Part shown: piece by piece, positions 12,468 to 21,273 of the stretch
How the letters are laid out: every line of letters starts with the position of its first letter
Numbering within the stretch: position 1 is the stretch's first letter
Origin: Pseudomonadota bacterium
GTDB taxonomy: Bacteria; Bdellovibrionota_B; Oligoflexia; Oligoflexales; CAIYRB01
Length of the DNA stretch: 50,007 nucleotides
Assembly (NCBI GenBank): GCA_031416315.1
Contig: JANOTL010000122.1
Coordinates: forward strand, 1 to 50,007
Direction: 5' to 3'
The notes under the pieces: generated by a model
Databases searched by the model: none
The model's input: only the letters and a program-made list of their open reading frames with translations
Told to the model about the DNA's origin: nothing
Position numbers and translations under genes: made by a program

Positions 12468-13715
12468 ATGAACATTCATAATCTCTACGAGCAGCGGCAG
12501 AGCTTCTTCCTCAATCCTGGCCCGCAGGCGCGCGGCGGCCTGATCTTCTGCGTCATGATCGGCGTCCTTACCTTCGCCATCGGCATGTACACGGGCGAAG
12601 CGACCCGCACTTGGGGCAGCTTCCTCTTCAACCTCTACTGGTTCTTCGCCATCGCTCTAGGCGGCGTCGTCTTCTCGGCGATGCAGGACGTCATCGGCGC
12701 CGTCTGGGCGCGCCCGATCATGCGCATCCACGAGAGCTTCGCGAGCTTCCTGCCGGTGGCGGCCTTCCTGTTCGCCGTCTTCTTCCTCTGCATCTGGCTC
12801 AAGATCGGCAAGGCGAACGAGGTCTACGTCTGGATCAAGGACCCGTCGATCCTGGATCACTACTGGGGCAAGCGCACCTGGCTGCAGCCCTCCCTGATGA
12901 TGTTCCGGGACCTCGGCGCCCTCGTCGCGATCCTGCTCGTCTCGCTGTGGCAGCTACGTCTCAAGCTCGGACGCGACATGGCGCTCGTGCGCGGCGAGAA
13001 GGAGCGCGCCATGGAGCTCGGCCTCGCGGCGAAGAAGAAGCTCCGCTACTGGAGCGCGCCGATCTTGATCGTCTACGCGTTGACGTTCTCGCTCCTCGGC
13101 TTTGACCTGCTGATGTCTTTGGCGCCGACCTGGTACTCCACGCTTTGGGCCGGCTGGACCTTTGCGACGATGATGCAGTCCCTCATGGCGACCCTCTTGA
13201 TCTCCATGTACATCCTGAAGAAGACGCACGTCGGCCAGATGATCCGCCGCCAGCAGTTCCACGACGTGGGCAAGCTGATGCACGGCTTCACCATCTTCTT
13301 CGCCTACCTCACGTACGCGCACGTGCTGACGTACTGGTACGCGAACATGCCAGAAGAGACCGAGTACTACATCCATCGCCTGCACGCGCCCTGGATCTAT
13401 TTCGTCTATGCCGCGCTCTTCCTCGTCTTCATCTTCCCGCTGTTCGCGCTCTTGCCGAAAGCGTCGAAGTGGACGGCCGGCCTGTCGATCCCGATCTGCG
13501 CCTCGATCCTCGTCGCGCAGTGGATGATCAACATGCTGATCGTCATTCCGCAGACGACCGATCCCGCGACCTGGAAGTTGCCTTGGCTGGAAGTCGGGCA
13601 ATTCATCGGGTTCCTGGGGATCTTCCTTTGCTGCTTCTTCTGGTTCAGCAAGAGGTATCCGATGGTGGGCATCGCCGACCCGCTGTTGCCGGATGCGTTG
13701 AGCGACGCGCACTAA
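12468..13715 (+). CDS. actF: Alternative complex III membrane subunit ActF
   Basis: About 10 TM segments, DLLMSLAPTWYST, HDVGKLM, YWYANMPEET. Confidence 0.88.
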   Translation: MNIHNLYEQRQSFFLNPGPQARGGLIFCVMIGVLTFAIGMYTGEATRTWGSFLFNLYWFFAIALGGVVFSAMQDVIGAVWARPIMRIHESFASFLPVAAFLFAVFFLCIWLKIGKANEVYVWIKDPSILDHYWGKRTWLQPSLMMFRDLGALVAILLVSLWQLRLKLGRDMALVRGEKERAMELGLAAKKKLRYWSAPILIVYALTFSLLGFDLLMSLAPTWYSTLWAGWTFATMMQSLMATLLISMYILKKTHVGQMIRRQQFHDVGKLMHGFTIFFAYLTYAHVLTYWYANMPEETEYYIHRLHAPWIYFVYAALFLVFIFPLFALLPKASKWTAGLSIPICASILVAQWMINMLIVIPQTTDPATWKLPWLEVGQFIGFLGIFLCCFFWFSKRYPMVGIADPLLPDALSDAH

Positions 13716-13738
13716 GGGGAATCGAGCTTGGTCACCGC

Positions 13739-13761
13739 GCGGCTGGCGACCTGCCAGCCGC
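13739..13761. terminator. GC-rich hairpin after actF (possible terminator)
   Basis: GCGGCTGGC-gacct-GCCAGCCGC perfect 9-bp stem; no U-tract. Confidence 0.35.
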
Positions 13762-13939
13762 CTCGCCGTGGCCTGCGGCTGTCGGAGCTTCACGCGAAAC
13801 CAGGGCGTGAGTTCCTCCTTAGGCGCTTGCCGACCGCATCGATTGGCAACGCTTCGACACGAAGGTTGGCGTGCACTTTCCGAGACCTCAGGCCGGCCGC
13901 CGGCACAGACTGAGGGCGCTAGCCCGCCTGGGAGTCAGC

Positions 13940-16600
13940 TCAAGGGCTGCAGGGCCGCATGATCTCGATGATGTTGGAAAAGCCAAGGCCGAAGCGCTGC
14001 GCAACGAGGATCCGCGTCGGGGTTTGCGGGCATCCGTCATGGATCGCGACCGAGGTCGGGCGACCCTGGCATAGAACCGAGACGCTGTTGCGAATGGCCA
14101 GATCGACCTCGCCGTTCGCGGCTGTGCCGGCGATCCGGCCCGTGCCGCATTCACTCGCCTGCGTCGTGCGGCCATAGAGCGTGTCGATCATCGTCATGCC
14201 GTCTTTGCGTACGAGCGTCCGAACCCGTCCGGTTCGATCGCTCTCATCCGCCTCGACGAAGTAGATTGTGCCGTCCGGCGCGAACTCGACGTCCTCGGGG
14301 TTGGAGATCTGCGCCGCCAGCGCGTCGCCGCCGTCGCCGGTCGAGCCTTGAACGCCGGTCCCAGCGACGGTTCTGAGCTTGCCGTCGGTGTCGATCATGC
14401 GGATCAGGTTGCGAGTGCGCTCGCTGAAGACGATCGTTCCGTCGGCGGCGACCGCGAGGCGCGTCGGAGCGATGCTTGCGCCGAGCGCTACGGCGCCATC
14501 GGGCGCGGCAACGCCGCCGGGGCTCGCCTTGCCCGCGACCAGGACCGCCTGCGCAGGTCCTTCGATGCGGTAGATCCCGCTTTCATACGCCAGGAGTACC
14601 TTGTCGCTGCGATCGACGGCGACGGCGTAGATTGACGACGTGTCGCTGAAAGGATTGTGATTGGGGTCGTCAGCCTCGTCGTCGTCGAGCGCGAGTGCTT
14701 CGATGTCGTCGAAGTTGAAAAACACTTTGGGCTTGCCGCCTGGTACGAGGTGGTAGAGCGAGCTGTCGCTGAGACTGGGATAGTACGCGATGCCAGCAAT
14801 GCTGACGGCAAGATCGAAAGTGAGCTCGGTCGCCGGATCTGGGGCGGCGCCGGCGGCGCCTTCGGCGTCCTCGCAGCCTGCTAGAATCTCGAGGCTTGTG
14901 CCGGTACTGTCCAACACCTTTAAGATCGGGAGGTCGTTTTCCGTGTCGACGTCGACCAAGAGCGTCGACCCGTCCGGTCGAGCCGCCATAGCGGTGCCGG
15001 CGACGATGCGTGCATCCTTCGCCATCTGCGCCTTCTTGCATAGTAGGCCGCGCTCCGCCCCTCCCACGAGAAGGGTCTTCGAGCCCGAGGAGTCGATGCG
15101 CCACAGGCGACCGCCGTCGCCGTCGACGACGTAAACCTCACCGTTCAACCCGGCTTCGATCGTGTCGAGTCCAATCCGACTGACTTCAAAGTCCGACGCC
15201 AGCAGTCTAGCCTTGCCGCCGGCCACCTCGTAGACTCGATTGCCGTCGCCGAGAAAGATGCGTCCATCGGCGTGAGTGGCTAGTCCGCGTGGTCGATTCA
15301 GGGGAATGTCGATCGGAACGGTGGTTGCGACTCCGTTGGCGTCGACCGTCGAGACGCGCGCCGCACCTGGGTTGGTGAAGATGACGCTGCCGTCGGCTAG
15401 GACCTCGATCTCTCCGATCGAGTCGAGGAATTCGCCGCTCCCGCTCCCGCTGCCGAATTCGAAGACCGTCGTCAAGCGACCGTCCGTCCCGATTCGCCGA
15501 ATTCGGCCGCCTTCTTCGAAAACGATGGAGCCGTCGGGCGCGACCGCAACCGCGGTCGGATAGTCTAAGAGCGCGCCTCTGGCGAGTTCGCCGTCGGCCG
15601 TGAATCCATCGGGAGCAACCTTCGTGACGCTCTCGATTGACTTGTAAACCGGATCTTCCCAACCATCGGGGCCGGCGAGCACCTCGACTGCGCCCGTCTC
15701 GCGAACGCGGTAGATGCGATTGGCGTCTGAGTCGCTGACGACGATGCCGTCTTTGGCGCATGCGAGGTAGAGCTCCTCACTCAAGGCGAGTCGGAAGCGA
15801 TGCGAGCCATCGGCATCAAGCCGAGACGCCAGACCGGCGTAGAAGGAAATGGCGCCGCCGGTCAGACGAAAGACCACGCCAAATGAAGCAAAATAGAGTG
15901 AATCGCCTTGTCGGCAGACAGACTGCAGGGTGTCGAAAGCTGCTACATCAGGGCTGACGACGTAAGGTTGAAATCCTTGCCGCGTCGGGCTGCTTTGGTA
16001 GGTCAACGGAATCTGCGGCACGATGCCGGCGGCAACGCCGACTGAGTAGGGCAGCGCCAGCACGAAGCCTGCTTTTCGCTCGCGAGCCGTCGCCTTGTTC
16101 GCAACGGCGATTTCGAAGCGCAGGGTCGCCTTTGCGACGACGCCGACGAGTTTTGCCTCGCAGCGTTGAGAAAGAAGATCTTCGGCGACCGTGCAGGCGA
16201 TCTGCTCTACCGTGCCGTCGACCACTTTCGGCGTGGCCCAGGTGAGCACCGTGCCCTCAACTATTCCGGTCGCACGTAGCTCGCTGCCGTCCGGTTGCAT
16301 TGCGACCGCATAGCAGACAGTGCCGTACTTGGCATTCCCGCGCTCGACGTAGTCGCATCGCGTGCGTGCGTTGTCGACGTCGATGTCGAGCAAGTTGACG
16401 CCGGTGACTTGGGTCGGCAATTCGCCGGGAACGAGATCGTCCTCGCCCGGGGCCGCTGGTCCCGTCGGGGCGGCGGGAGTGCCTGGCGGAGGTGGCGTCG
16501 TCCCGGCACTTCGCTGGCCCTGTGGGTCGGTCTTGCGGCAAGCGAGGGCCCCAACCAGGAGTAACAAGCAGATAACGGTGCCTTTTGCATTCGTCGCCAT
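13940..16600 (-). CDS. Large NHL-repeat (beta-propeller) lipoprotein
   Basis: MATNAKGTVICLLLLVGALAC lipobox at ATG 16600. NHL-type repeats PTAVAVAPDGSIVF, PRGLATHADGRIFL, VAGTGVQGSTGDGGDA and PEDVEFAPDGTIYF. Confidence 0.8.
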   Translation of the reverse strand: MATNAKGTVICLLLLVGALACRKTDPQGQRSAGTTPPPPGTPAAPTGPAAPGEDDLVPGELPTQVTGVNLLDIDVDNARTRCDYVERGNAKYGTVCYAVAMQPDGSELRATGIVEGTVLTWATPKVVDGTVEQIACTVAEDLLSQRCEAKLVGVVAKATLRFEIAVANKATARERKAGFVLALPYSVGVAAGIVPQIPLTYQSSPTRQGFQPYVVSPDVAAFDTLQSVCRQGDSLYFASFGVVFRLTGGAISFYAGLASRLDADGSHRFRLALSEELYLACAKDGIVVSDSDANRIYRVRETGAVEVLAGPDGWEDPVYKSIESVTKVAPDGFTADGELARGALLDYPTAVAVAPDGSIVFEEGGRIRRIGTDGRLTTVFEFGSGSGSGEFLDSIGEIEVLADGSVIFTNPGAARVSTVDANGVATTVPIDIPLNRPRGLATHADGRIFLGDGNRVYEVAGGKARLLASDFEVSRIGLDTIEAGLNGEVYVVDGDGGRLWRIDSSGSKTLLVGGAERGLLCKKAQMAKDARIVAGTAMAARPDGSTLLVDVDTENDLPILKVLDSTGTSLEILAGCEDAEGAAGAAPDPATELTFDLAVSIAGIAYYPSLSDSSLYHLVPGGKPKVFFNFDDIEALALDDDEADDPNHNPFSDTSSIYAVAVDRSDKVLLAYESGIYRIEGPAQAVLVAGKASPGGVAAPDGAVALGASIAPTRLAVAADGTIVFSERTRNLIRMIDTDGKLRTVAGTGVQGSTGDGGDALAAQISNPEDVEFAPDGTIYFVEADESDRTGRVRTLVRKDGMTMIDTLYGRTTQASECGTGRIAGTAANGEVDLAIRNSVSVLCQGRPTSVAIHDGCPQTPTRILVAQRFGLGFSNIIEIMRPCSP

Positions 16601-16608
16601 CGAGAGCC

Positions 16609-18561
16609 TCAACAGGTTTCGGAAATCGGGGTCGCGCTGCGTCGCCAGTCGGCACCTACGAAGGCGACCACGGCTGTGATGTCGTCGTCGGGGCGGTCTC
16701 CATCTAGGTCGAGCCGCTTTGCCTCGAGCAGGGAGTCGACCACCGCTTGGGCCGAGGCCTTGACGTCGCTGCGGCCGAAGCGTTTGGATAGCACCGCCTT
16801 GCCGCTTCCCGGCGATGGGCTGCCGCACTCGATCATTCCGTCCGTGTAGAACAGAAGGCGGTCGCCTGGCTCAAGGGCAAAGACGATCGGTTCGGCATCC
16901 AACGTCGCATCGAGGCCAAGCAGCGACCCGCGCGCGATGATGGAGCGAGGCTTTTCGTCGCCGCGCAGGAGAAGCGGCGTCGGATGCCCGGCGTTCGCTA
17001 GCGTCATGATTCCCGCGGCGAGGTCGAAAGTCGCAGCTTGAAAGGACATCGTGAATCCCGAGTCGAGAGCGGCGTGCACCACACAATTGAGCTTTTTCAA
17101 GAGGCCGGCTGCCGTGAGGCTCGCGTCCGCGCCGCGCGCGAGCAGTGTGCACGCCGAGAAGGCCATCGCCGTCAGCAAAGCGGCCGGTGCGCCGTGGCCC
17201 ATCGCGTCGCCGATCAGGACGAGGTGCCGACCGTCCGGCAGAATTTCGTGCGACCACCAGTCGCCCGAGCATTCGCTGGAAGGCGCTGAGGCACCGGCGA
17301 CCATGAGCGCGCCGGGCGGGCAGTGTCGACGGGGATAGAAGCACTTTTGCACGAGCTGCGCCGTACTCAGCTCGGACTCCATTCGGACTTGCTCGATCCG
17401 TGCGACTAGAGCGCGCATCACGTAAATTACTGTGGCCGTCACGTAGGTCACCGTTCCGGCGCTGAGCCAGGGAACGACGACGCCCGCGAGCGCGAAAAGG
17501 CCGATGCCGCCAAGGACGATGAGCGCCATGGCGCTACCTAGCGCGACCCAAAAAGCGCGCCCCCAAAGGAGCAGTCCGATGGCGAACCCCAGCGCTCCGG
17601 CCGCCACGATTCCGAGCCCGTGCTCCTCGACCGGCCGGAGCCAAGCGCCGCTGAGCCAGCTGCTCACGGCGGCGGCGAGGAAAAATCCGCCGGGCATGTT
17701 GCCGGCGGGGGTGTCGACCCAGTCGCCGCTTCCCGTGTAGAGGCCAGGTAAGATGAGCACTAAATCCCCCGGTTCGACGACTGGAATCGGTTTGCCGGAG
17801 CGAGCCCGAAGGACGACCGCCTTCATGCCGATCGTGCGCGCTGCGACGACTTTTTGCGGCAAAGCGTCGATCAGCATCCGGCCGTGGCGGTCGACGGGTA
17901 CGAGGGAGCGCTCAGCCGGAGTCGCGAGGGCGAGCGAGGCGTGAGGCAAAGTCCGATTGCCCGCGAGCTCGAGCTCGGGCGTAGCCTTGCCATGCCCATC
18001 ATAGATAATGTGGCCGAGCGTCGCGAAGGCTTCCCGCAATTCGGGTAGGGGGCCGTACGCGTGACCTCGTGGGCCAATCCCCAGCTCCTTCCGCCATGAG
18101 ATCGGCGCCTCGCGCATGAATGCTCCCGCGACGACCGGGACTGCGAGGCGGCGCAACCTCTCGGTAAACCGCGCCGCGTCTTCGGCGCGTTGCGGTTTGT
18201 CGAACAGCTTATCGATCAAAATGGCGCGGGGCTGCTGTGCGGCCAGGGCCTCGAGGACGGTCGCCCAGTCGTCGAGATCGAGATCGAAGGTGCCGAGGCC
18301 GCTAACCGCCGCGTCGTCGTAGACCAAGATTTTGAGCCTCGCGTTGAGCGTCGGCGCCAGATGCAGCGCCTCGCGAACGGCGAACTCGATGCGATGCGAG
18401 ACGTGTGTCTCGATGGACTCCCGTGCCGGCGACGAATGCACGGCCAACCCAACGAGAACTACGGCGGCGGCCGCACGGATCGCGCGGCTCAGCGGCACGT
18501 AGCGCGGAGAGCGAAGGCCGAACCATTGGTTCGCGCGCCGGCGAGCGACGAAGTGTCCCAT
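16609..18561 (-). CDS. CHASE2-domain membrane sensor with PP2C/SpoIIE phosphatase output
   Basis: N-terminal TM, CHASE2-like segment (ILIDKLF...TPAGNMPG), three TMs, then SGDWW, IGDAMGHG, ANAGHP, YTDGMIE, DDIT. Confidence 0.85.
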   Translation of the reverse strand: MGHFVARRRANQWFGLRSPRYVPLSRAIRAAAAVVLVGLAVHSSPARESIETHVSHRIEFAVREALHLAPTLNARLKILVYDDAAVSGLGTFDLDLDDWATVLEALAAQQPRAILIDKLFDKPQRAEDAARFTERLRRLAVPVVAGAFMREAPISWRKELGIGPRGHAYGPLPELREAFATLGHIIYDGHGKATPELELAGNRTLPHASLALATPAERSLVPVDRHGRMLIDALPQKVVAARTIGMKAVVLRARSGKPIPVVEPGDLVLILPGLYTGSGDWVDTPAGNMPGGFFLAAAVSSWLSGAWLRPVEEHGLGIVAAGALGFAIGLLLWGRAFWVALGSAMALIVLGGIGLFALAGVVVPWLSAGTVTYVTATVIYVMRALVARIEQVRMESELSTAQLVQKCFYPRRHCPPGALMVAGASAPSSECSGDWWSHEILPDGRHLVLIGDAMGHGAPAALLTAMAFSACTLLARGADASLTAAGLLKKLNCVVHAALDSGFTMSFQAATFDLAAGIMTLANAGHPTPLLLRGDEKPRSIIARGSLLGLDATLDAEPIVFALEPGDRLLFYTDGMIECGSPSPGSGKAVLSKRFGRSDVKASAQAVVDSLLEAKRLDLDGDRPDDDITAVVAFVGADWRRSATPISETC

Positions 18562-18568
18562 GTTCGAT

Positions 18569-18597
18569 TCTTCGGCAGTGCAAACCCCGGGCTTGAG
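18569..18597 (-). promoter_or_regulatory. sigma28/FliA-like promoter candidate
   Basis: Minus strand reads TCAAG-N15-GCCGAAGA directly upstream of the CHASE2 gene. Confidence 0.5.
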
Positions 18598-18883
18598 TTC
18601 GCATCAATCAGGCATGATCCGCGGTTTACCTAGCTCGCTTCGCGACAGGCGCTCCGGGGCCGGTGCCGAGCGCGGTGCAGGCCATGGCGTTGCCAAAGCT
18701 GCCGCCGTCCGTAGAGGGAGACGTGAGGATGGGCAGATCGCTGATTTTGTTGGTTTATCTTCTGAAATTCTTCGGACTTCTTGTCAAAGAAAGCATAGCG
18801 CGAGTCCCACCTCACTTCCGCTTCGGCACCCGATGCGCCGCTCTGACCCGGAACCTTGCTTCGCGACGCCGCTCGGCGTTTAG

Positions 18884-18913
18884 AGAAGAGCCCGGGTCGC
18901 CCCGGGCTCTTCT
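18884..18913. terminator. Intrinsic terminator-like hairpin
   Basis: AGAAGAGCCCGGG-tcgc-CCCGGGCTCTTCT 13-bp perfect stem downstream of the 18940 gene. Confidence 0.6.
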
Positions 18914-18939
18914 TGGCTTTCGGTTCAAGGCGGAGCCGA

Positions 18940-19647
18940 TCAGGGCGTGCAGGCATACTCGGTGTTGTTGCCCGATTGCGTCGCCGCGATCTTGGCACAG
19001 TCGACTTCGCCGGCGCCGACGATGGTGAACGACGTCTTGTTCCCCTTCATCGCAACTTTGCCGCTCGCAGCGGTCGCGAGGTCGGCGAAGGCGACGGTGC
19101 CTTTCGCCTTATTGCCCCGTCCCTCGTACGAGAAGCCCTTGATCGTGGCGCCGACGTTGACGGTGACGTTCGTCTTGTTGCCGGCGACGATCAGACAAAA
19201 GCCGGCGAGCTCGTCGCCGGGCTTCTCCGCTTCGATTTTCGCCGTGACGACGGCCTTATTGCCGTTCACTTTGAGGAGGAGGACGTTCTTGGCGTCGATG
19301 GTCAACGCTGCCTTGTTGCCGACGACGCTGATCATTTCCGCCGTCACGCCGAGCGTCGCGGCGCATGCGGCGATGTCGGCTTCGCTGTCGGCCTTCGTCT
19401 CCGCGGCGACGGCGACGTCGTCGGCCTCGGCTTCGGCGTCCGCGCTCTTTTTGAGGTTGAAGTCAGATGACGCGGTGAGCGCAGCGGTGACGGCGCCGAT
19501 TTTCACGACGACGCTCGTGGCGTCGGGCGTCACGTAGGGATCGACCTCGGCTGCGTCGTCGTCCGACGAGTCGCCGCAGCCCTGGTTGAAGACAAAGACG
19601 AGAGCCAACATCATACGCGGGAGTACGGCTGAATTGAGACGTTTCAT
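18940..19647 (-). CDS. Hypothetical lipoprotein with GNK beta-solenoid-like repeats
   Basis: MKRL...VFNQGC lipobox-like signal, GGAGG RBS, five GNK plus one GNN spaced 19-27 aa apart. Confidence 0.8.
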   Translation of the reverse strand: MKRLNSAVLPRMMLALVFVFNQGCGDSSDDDAAEVDPYVTPDATSVVVKIGAVTAALTASSDFNLKKSADAEAEADDVAVAAETKADSEADIAACAATLGVTAEMISVVGNKAALTIDAKNVLLLKVNGNKAVVTAKIEAEKPGDELAGFCLIVAGNKTNVTVNVGATIKGFSYEGRGNKAKGTVAFADLATAASGKVAMKGNKTSFTIVGAGEVDCAKIAATQSGNNTEYACTP

Positions 19648-19782
19648 CACGGTTCCTCCAATGCCCACGGCTTTATTCAGCAGTGGCGCACCGAAGGTAT
19701 CGGCGGATCGCGCCTGGAGCCTGTATCAAATCGAATAAGGCGAGTCGTTTGAATCAGTAAGCTCGACCTTTGCACCGAGCAA

Positions 19783-19945
19783 GGGGAATCCTGAACTCAC
19801 AAGGAGCTGAGGGGACCCAGGTTGTCGGCAGGTATCGGACTCGAAACAAAAGTCACACACAAGCTCCCAGCAAACACTCCAGTTGCCCGGCTACCGACCC
19901 CCAGCTATCGTCCGCAAATCGCGATCACGATCGTCGAAGGAGTTT
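19783..19945 (+). ncRNA. ydaO/yuaA (cyclic di-AMP) riboswitch-like leader
   Basis: GAATCCT-loop-AGGA-GCTGAGGGGACCCA 5' signature. AGCTG(A)GGGG pairs with CCCCCAGCT; GACT/AGTC hairpin; AGCTCC is complementary to the downstream SD GGAGTT. Confidence 0.55.
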
Positions 19946-19949
19946 CCCC

Positions 19950-20537
19950 ATGTGGACCATCATCTTGGCCTCGACTTTGAACGTCGTCGGCTTCCAGCAC
20001 GACGGCGCCCTTTTCCTGCAGCAACCTGAGCTCGCGCCCAACCCGAACGACGTCAGCCTCTGGCTGCTGGCCGATGACGACGCGGCGACGTGTAAGCGCG
20101 TCAATAGCGAATGGGCGCGTCGCGCAAACGAGCAGGGCGGGATCTCCATCTCGGACTATTACGGTGATCGAGTGTATTTCCTCGCCACGACGGGCGAGAC
20201 GTACTCCCGCACGCAAGGCGGCGATCAGTGGACCTTGCTCGGCAGCGGCGCCTGGCTCGACGCGCAGTCCGCCTCGGATTCCTGGACGGATCGCGGCTGG
20301 CTCGGCGGCGACCTCTTTTTTCTCAACGATCCACGCCCCGCATTCGCGGGCCGCTGGTACCAGCTCGGCCCGGCCAAACGCTGTCACGTGTTCCAAGAAG
20401 GCGCGCGCCGCCGCGGGCCTGCTGACATCTTGACCGTGGAGCTCGATAGTGGCGTTCCCGGCGTCGCCGGTTGGACGCTCTCGACCGGTTTCGCGCACCT
20501 CGACGGCCTCGAGCTGACCGGCAACTGGCTGCCCTAA
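19950..20537 (+). CDS. Hypothetical protein, tandem paralogue 1
   Basis: AAGGAG RBS then ATG 19950. Shares FQHDG, DDAATC, GETY, NDPR, TLSTG and GNW blocks with the next gene. Confidence 0.85.
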   Translation: MWTIILASTLNVVGFQHDGALFLQQPELAPNPNDVSLWLLADDDAATCKRVNSEWARRANEQGGISISDYYGDRVYFLATTGETYSRTQGGDQWTLLGSGAWLDAQSASDSWTDRGWLGGDLFFLNDPRPAFAGRWYQLGPAKRCHVFQEGARRRGPADILTVELDSGVPGVAGWTLSTGFAHLDGLELTGNWLP

Positions 20538-20563
20538 CCGCAGATTTCCGCAAGGAGCCCGAG

Positions 20564-21151
20564 ATGGAATTCATGATCGCCCTGCAGCTTTTGGCATTTC
20601 AACACGACGGCGGCGTGGCCTTCAAGCTGCCGACCGCTGGCGCGACGTGGGTCGAGGTCGATGACGCCGCTGGCACCTGCGCCGTGCGCGCCGAGCTCGC
20701 GTCCGACGCCGACGGGACACGCCTAGCGCACGACGCGGGCGAGACCTTCTACTCAGCCTGGGGTGTCGTCTACGAGCGCGCCGCGGCCGACGGCGGCTGG
20801 ACGGCCCAGGGCCGCGGCACCTGGATTGCCGACCACGAGCCCGAGTTGGGCTGGTCGCGGGCGATCGTTCCCGATGGCGAGTCCAACGCGCAGCGCCACT
20901 ACGGCCTTTGGCAAGGGGACACGCTCGTCGTCGCCAACGATCCGCGTTACGGTGAAAACACCTATCATCCCGAGGCGCGCTTCAAGCTCGTCTGGTTCGC
21001 GATCGAAGGCAACCGCTGCACCGTTCATCTTGAGTCGATGCGGCGCTACGCCGAGCCCGGCCTCCAGACCGTCGACCTGAACGGGTTGACCCTGAGCACG
21101 GGCCGCGCCGAACGCGCCGGTACTCGGCTCATCGGCAACTGGGTGCGCTGA
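20564..21151 (+). CDS. Hypothetical protein, tandem paralogue 2
   Basis: AAGGAG RBS then ATG 20564. FQHDG, DDAAGTC, GETF, NDPR, TLSTG, GNW. Confidence 0.85.
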   Translation: MEFMIALQLLAFQHDGGVAFKLPTAGATWVEVDDAAGTCAVRAELASDADGTRLAHDAGETFYSAWGVVYERAAADGGWTAQGRGTWIADHEPELGWSRAIVPDGESNAQRHYGLWQGDTLVVANDPRYGENTYHPEARFKLVWFAIEGNRCTVHLESMRRYAEPGLQTVDLNGLTLSTGRAERAGTRLIGNWVR

Positions 21152-21273
21152 GAGCGCTGGGCTGGTAACATCTCCCTGATTTGATCCGCAAAGACTTTCA
21201 TACGCACACGTTTCGCTGCAACCACGCCGTCGGCGACGTGCCAGGGCTCGGCGTCGACGCGTCGAAGCTGTAA

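Noticed and set aside
16601..16828. N-terminal extensions given in the ORF track (also 19770, 20471, 25884, 38644, 39942, 45139, 48459)
   Set aside because: They overlap neighbouring genes or leaders; downstream starts have RBSs or signal peptides.
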